From Blepharisma stoltei ATCC 30299 (taxonomy: Eukaryota > Protista > Ciliophora): a DNA stretch of 64,000 nt. The notes beneath the pieces were generated by a model. The model saw only the letters and a program-made list of their open reading frames with translations. It searched no databases and was not told the origin of the DNA. The position numbers were made by a program, and so were the translations under genes. This document shows, piece after piece, positions 59,567 to 64,000 of the stretch (positions are counted from its first letter, which is position 1; every line of letters starts with the position of its first letter). The stretch spans positions 463,695-527,694 of the forward strand of contig CBFDEM010000016.1 of the NCBI GenBank assembly GCA_965603825.1, read 5' to 3'.

Positions 59567-61672
59567 TTATCTTACTATAAGTCCTTTCATAGATCGAATT
59601 TGCGACATAATTGATTTTTGGTCTTCTTCATCAATATTAAACTCTTTTAAAGTTTGTTCATATATTTCTGCATAGCATCAGTATTCACTATCAGTTATCC
59701 CTCTTCCTTGATGGTTTTTTCTCATAGCTCTTCTGAACTCCAAGCTCATTTTTCCATTAAATATCTTAAACATCCCTGAAACGATTACTTCAAAGTCTTC
59801 CATTCTAGTGTTTTTGAAGTATTTATTTAATTTATCGTTTGAAAGAACTTTATTATACAATGATACAATAAGACTGTTTCAAAATGAAATTCCTCCATAT
59901 TTTTCTACTAAATTTTGCCTTTTTACCTTAGAAATTTCGACATTCATAGCCATTTCATCAAAATTATCAATTGCATCACGAAGAGCTCGTTGAGCGCAAG
60001 CTATACTTTTTTCATCCATAGAAGAAAGAACTATCTTATTCTGTACTCCTGCACTATAGCTTTTGAATGCTGGACATTGAGGTGTTAAAGAATCATTTGG
60101 TAGCCTGTGATTATAGCGTTGATAATATTGGATTGATTCTTGCCTTATATCTTTATTTTTAAAGCATATAGGAGTCTTTTGAGTAATTATATGGCCAAGC
60201 CTTTCGTTTACTATATTAGCCCTTTCAATTAGATCTTTATCGCTACTCACACTTTTCTGTGCTGATTTGCAAGGATAATTTTCTTTGAATTTGAAAGGCA
60301 GAGTGACATTAATTAGATTGCTTTCTTCAGTTTTCCCTTGTTTTGGTTCTTGCTGATTACTTCTGTGCTCTGTTTCTGTCGAACTTGATTTTTCAGTTCT
60401 GCCTGTTGATAAAGATCTTCTTGATGGCTTTAATTTTAATTTGAGTTTTGAAACTTTGTCAATATCCAGTGGAAATTTAAAATCAATATATTGTTCTCTG
60501 CAACTCAAAAATGCCCAATTATTGTCGTTTTTATCTTGAATAAAATCAAAAACCATCCCATTGATTGATTGACGAGGATAAATGTCTGTTGTTAAGAAAG
60601 TAATTATTTGGTTTACCATAGCTTCAATTTCAGGAATTTTTATAAATGTTTCTACTGCATAGCAGCTTTCTGAATTTTTTGTGTTTATAATCAAATCTTT
60701 GCTTGATTCTTCTCTAAGAATTTCTATTCTTTTAATACTTTCTGGATTATGCATTTCTTCTTTATCATTATTGACAACTTCAGACATTGTTTGTGACAAA
60801 TTAATTGAGTTTGAGTTTATGATTGAATTTGCTTGCTTAATATTATGAAAACAACTTGTTGATCTTGACAGCTTTGAGCAGCTCGGTTTTCCAATTAATT
60901 TATATGGGTTATTGATTGATTGGGTAGTTGGAAGAATCATATTTGAGTATTTAAAATCTGATAAGCTGCTAAACGATTTATTTTTATTGATCATAGCTTT
61001 TTTGTATCTCATTTTTTTGCTCATCCAGCTGCTATCATATTTATTTCTATTCACAATAGTGAAGTATTTGTTTTTCATATTTTTTTTCCATAAAACTCTG
61101 ATTACTGATACAGGATTTGATCTGCATTCAATATATCTTTGCATCATAGCTTGCCCATCAAAAGAATCCCATACTTCTTCAGCGTTTTCTTTCGAAAATA
61201 ATAAAGCCGGTTCTTTATTGTGAACTCTGTACACGAAATATGGATAGCTTTCGTCTGTCTTTTTTGGATATTCAAAAAAATTTGTTTTGTTTAAAAAAGG
61301 TTTTGATACGATGCAACCGTCTTTTTCTGTTTGAATTAAATATGGCCTTGATGATTCATCTGTTCTTATGATTGTCTGAGGTATATTTATAAAAATTTTT
61401 TGATTTGGAGTAATTCTTGCAAATAATGAAAAAATGTTAAATCGAATGACTTGGGACTGTTTTGGTAGAAGGCAATTTATTTTATTTATGTAATTGTTTT
61501 GAGAAAAATCCGGAACTGAAATGGTGCGCTTGCCGATACCACGGAGATAACCTTTCTTGCATGATTCATGGATAAGTGACAATAAATCCTCTCTAAAGTT
61601 CGTAATCTCATCTCTTTCGAAAGCAATTTTATGCTTATCTTTAAGATCTTCTAAAATAACTGGGATTTCCAT
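59567..61672 (-). CDS. ~701-aa protein: ATP-grasp-like N-terminal region plus C-terminal group I truncated (2/2) hemoglobin
   Basis: Reads through TGA 59879 and 59678 to TAA 59567; C-terminus LVEKYGG...LYNKVLSNDKLNKYFKNTRM...MRKNHQGRGITDSEY...TLKEFNI. Confidence 0.8.
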
Positions 61673-62395
61673 TCTAATGTTGTTTTTTATATTTTAATAG
61701 ATTTTTTTAAGTTATTGGAATTCGCAAAATAATTTTGGGAATTTATCGTCTATGTTATTCAGTAAGAAATTAAAATATATAAATTGAAGATCAATCCTAC
61801 AAATGGCATACTCTGTGCGAAAATAAATTACTTAAAATTTTATTTAAAAATTAACACAAAATTGAAGTAAAATTACTTTTATAAATTTAATTATTAGAAT
61901 GAAATTTAATTGAATTAATTACTGTATTGCTATTTTCGGAATGATAATCCCTAGCAATTTTTTTTGGAACGTGAAGGTCTGTAAAGTTCAGCCAAGAAAA
62001 TGACAAGTGCCGCCGATCAGAAAATAGTGCTGCGCTATAGAGATTTCTTTATGATAGTCGCCCTTTATATATATAAAATAATTTTTTAATATTAAACTAA
62101 TTTTGCTCTCATGGATATTAGGTTTTTCTCTAGCAATTCAATTTTTTGCTAGCATTATGTCTGCTCATGTAGGGAAGGGTTAGGTTCTCTAGAATTGTAT
62201 GCACGATAAGATTAAAAAGCTGTAATACCCGTAGCTATAAACAGAAATAATTTAAATTTTATAGGAAAGAAGCTAAAGTGCACCAATGTGCAGTATATTA
62301 TTAGGTTTTTATTTTCTTTAAATAAATTTATAAAGCATGACTTGATATAAGAATTTTATTTAATTCAAAGATATATATTTAAATTATTTAAAAAT

Positions 62396-64000
62396 TTAGG
62401 GTGTTAGGGTGTTAGGGTGTTAGGGTGTTAGGGTGTAGGGTGTTAGGGTGTTAGGGTGTTAGGGTGTTAGGGTGTTAGGGTGTTAGGGTGTTAGGGTGTT
62501 AGGGTGTTAGGGTGTTAGGGTGTTAGGGTGTTAGGGTGTTAGGGTGTTAGGGTGTTAGGGTGTTAGGGTGTTAGGGTGTTAGGGTGTTAGGGTGTTAGGG
62601 TGTTAGGGGTTAGGGTGTTAGGGTGTTAGGGTGTTAGGGTGTTAGGGTGTTAGGGTGTTAGGGTGTTAGGGTGTTAGGGTGTTAGGGTGTTAGGGTGTTA
62701 GGGTGTTAGGGTGTTAGGGTGTTAGGGTGTTAGGGTGTTAGGGTGTTAGGGTGTTAGGGTGTTAGGGTGTTAGGGTGTTAGGGTGTTAGGGTGTTAGGGT
62801 GTTAGGGTGTTAGGGTGTTAGGGTGTTAGGGTGTTAGGGTGTTAGGGTGTTAGGGTGTTAGGGTGTTAGGGTGTTAGGGTGTTAGGGTGTTAGGGTGTAG
62901 GGTGTTAGGGTGTTAGGGTGTTAGGGTGTTAGGGTGTTAGGGTGTTAGGGTGTTAGGGTGTTAGGGTGTTAGGGTGTTAGGGTGTTAGGGTGTTAGGGTG
63001 TTAGGGTGTTAGGGTGTTAGGGGTGTTAGGGTTAGGGTGTTAGGGTGTTAGGGTGTTAGGGTGTTAGGGTGTTAGGGTGTTAGGGTGTTAGGGTGTTAGG
63101 GTGTTAGGGTGTTAGGGTGTTAGGGTGTTAGGGTGTTAGGGTGTTAGGGGTGTTAGGGTGTTAGGGTGTTAGGGTGTTAGGGTGTTAGGGTGTTAGGGTG
63201 TTAGGGTGTTAGGGTGTTAGGGTGTTAGGGTGTTAGGGTGTTAGGGTGTTAGGGTGTTAGGGTGTTAGGGTGTTAGGGTGTTAGGGTGTTAGGGTGTTAG
63301 GGTGTTAGGGTGTTAGGGTGTTAGGGTGTTAGGGTGTTAGGGTGTTAGGGTGTTAGGGTGTTAGGGTGTTAGGGTGTTAGGGTGTTAGGGTGTTAGGGTG
63401 TTAGGGTGTTAGGGTGTTAGGGTGTTAGGGTGTTAGGGTGTTAGGGTGTTAGGGTGTTAGGGTGTTAGGGTGTTAGGGTGTTAGGGTGTTAGGGTGTTAG
63501 GGTGTTAGGGTGTTAGGGTGTTAGGGTGTTAGGGTGTTAGGGTGTTAGGGTGTTAGGGTGTTAGGGTGTTAGGGTGTTAGGGTGTTAGGGTTAGGGTGTT
63601 AGGGTGTTAGGGTGTTAGGGTGTTAGGGTGTTAGGGTGTTAGGGTGTTAGGGTGTTAGGGTGTTAGGGTGTTAGGGTGTTAGGGTGTTAGGGTGTTAGGG
63701 TTAGGGTGTTAGGGTGTTAGGGTGTTAGGGTGTTAGGGTGTTAGGGTGTTAGGGTGTTAGGGTGTTAGGGTGTTAGGGTGTTAGGGTGTTAGGGTGTTAG
63801 GGTGTTAGGGTGTTAGGGTGTTAGGGTGTTAGGGTGTTAGGGTGTTAGGGTGTTAGGGTGTTAGGGTGTTAGGGTGTTAGGGTTAGGTGTTAGGGTGTAG
63901 GGTGTTAGGGTGTTAGGGTGTTAGGGTGTTAGGGTGTTAGGGTGTTTAGGGTGTTAGGGTGTTAGGGTGTTTAGGGTTGTTAGGGTGTTAGGGTGGTTAG
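62396..64000 (+). repeat. Telomere, (TTAGGGTG)n = (CCCTAACA)n, about 200 units
   Basis: A continuous 8-mer array runs to the window end, with the G-rich strand oriented 5'->3' towards the end. Confidence 0.98.

Noticed and set aside
62396-64000. CRISPR array or satellite
   Set aside because: A spacer-less 8-mer terminal repeat, i.e. a telomere.

Overview
This is the gene-dense, AT-rich right end of a ciliate macronuclear (somatic) chromosome, ending in ~1.6 kb of (TTAGGGTG)n telomere (CCCTAACA on the minus strand). Three independent signals point to a heterotrich ciliate of the Blepharisma type: the telomere unit, UGA read as Trp (TGA sits at invariant Trp positions of MYST, C2 and IQ motifs, and genes end in TAA/TAG), and 15-nt GT..AG introns with A at position 10. 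The supplied ORF track therefore fragments many genes. Re-joined, the window holds about 36 genes, including RagA, a DYRK kinase, PPT1, a membrane PDE, a ~2709-aa IP3-receptor-like channel, a vWA protein, two PP2C-type phosphatases, kinesin-13, kinesin-8, mito-L17, a MYST HAT, two ARFs, a Tweety-like protein, bystin and RFC3. The top finding is a 109-nt intron in the bystin gene, among otherwise 15-nt introns, that folds as a compact box H/ACA snoRNA whose pocket matches the conserved 18S rRNA sequence GGUGAAAU-U-C-UUGG. Other notable items are a UGA-hidden fusion of an ATP-grasp-like domain to a truncated hemoglobin, a perfect 26-bp GC-rich palindrome, two unannotated acylated microproteins, a switch-II-degenerate ARF duplicate, a CBM48-PTC7 fusion with a UGA at a Cys position, and a RING-finger pseudogene. 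All calls are from manual reading; no searches were run.
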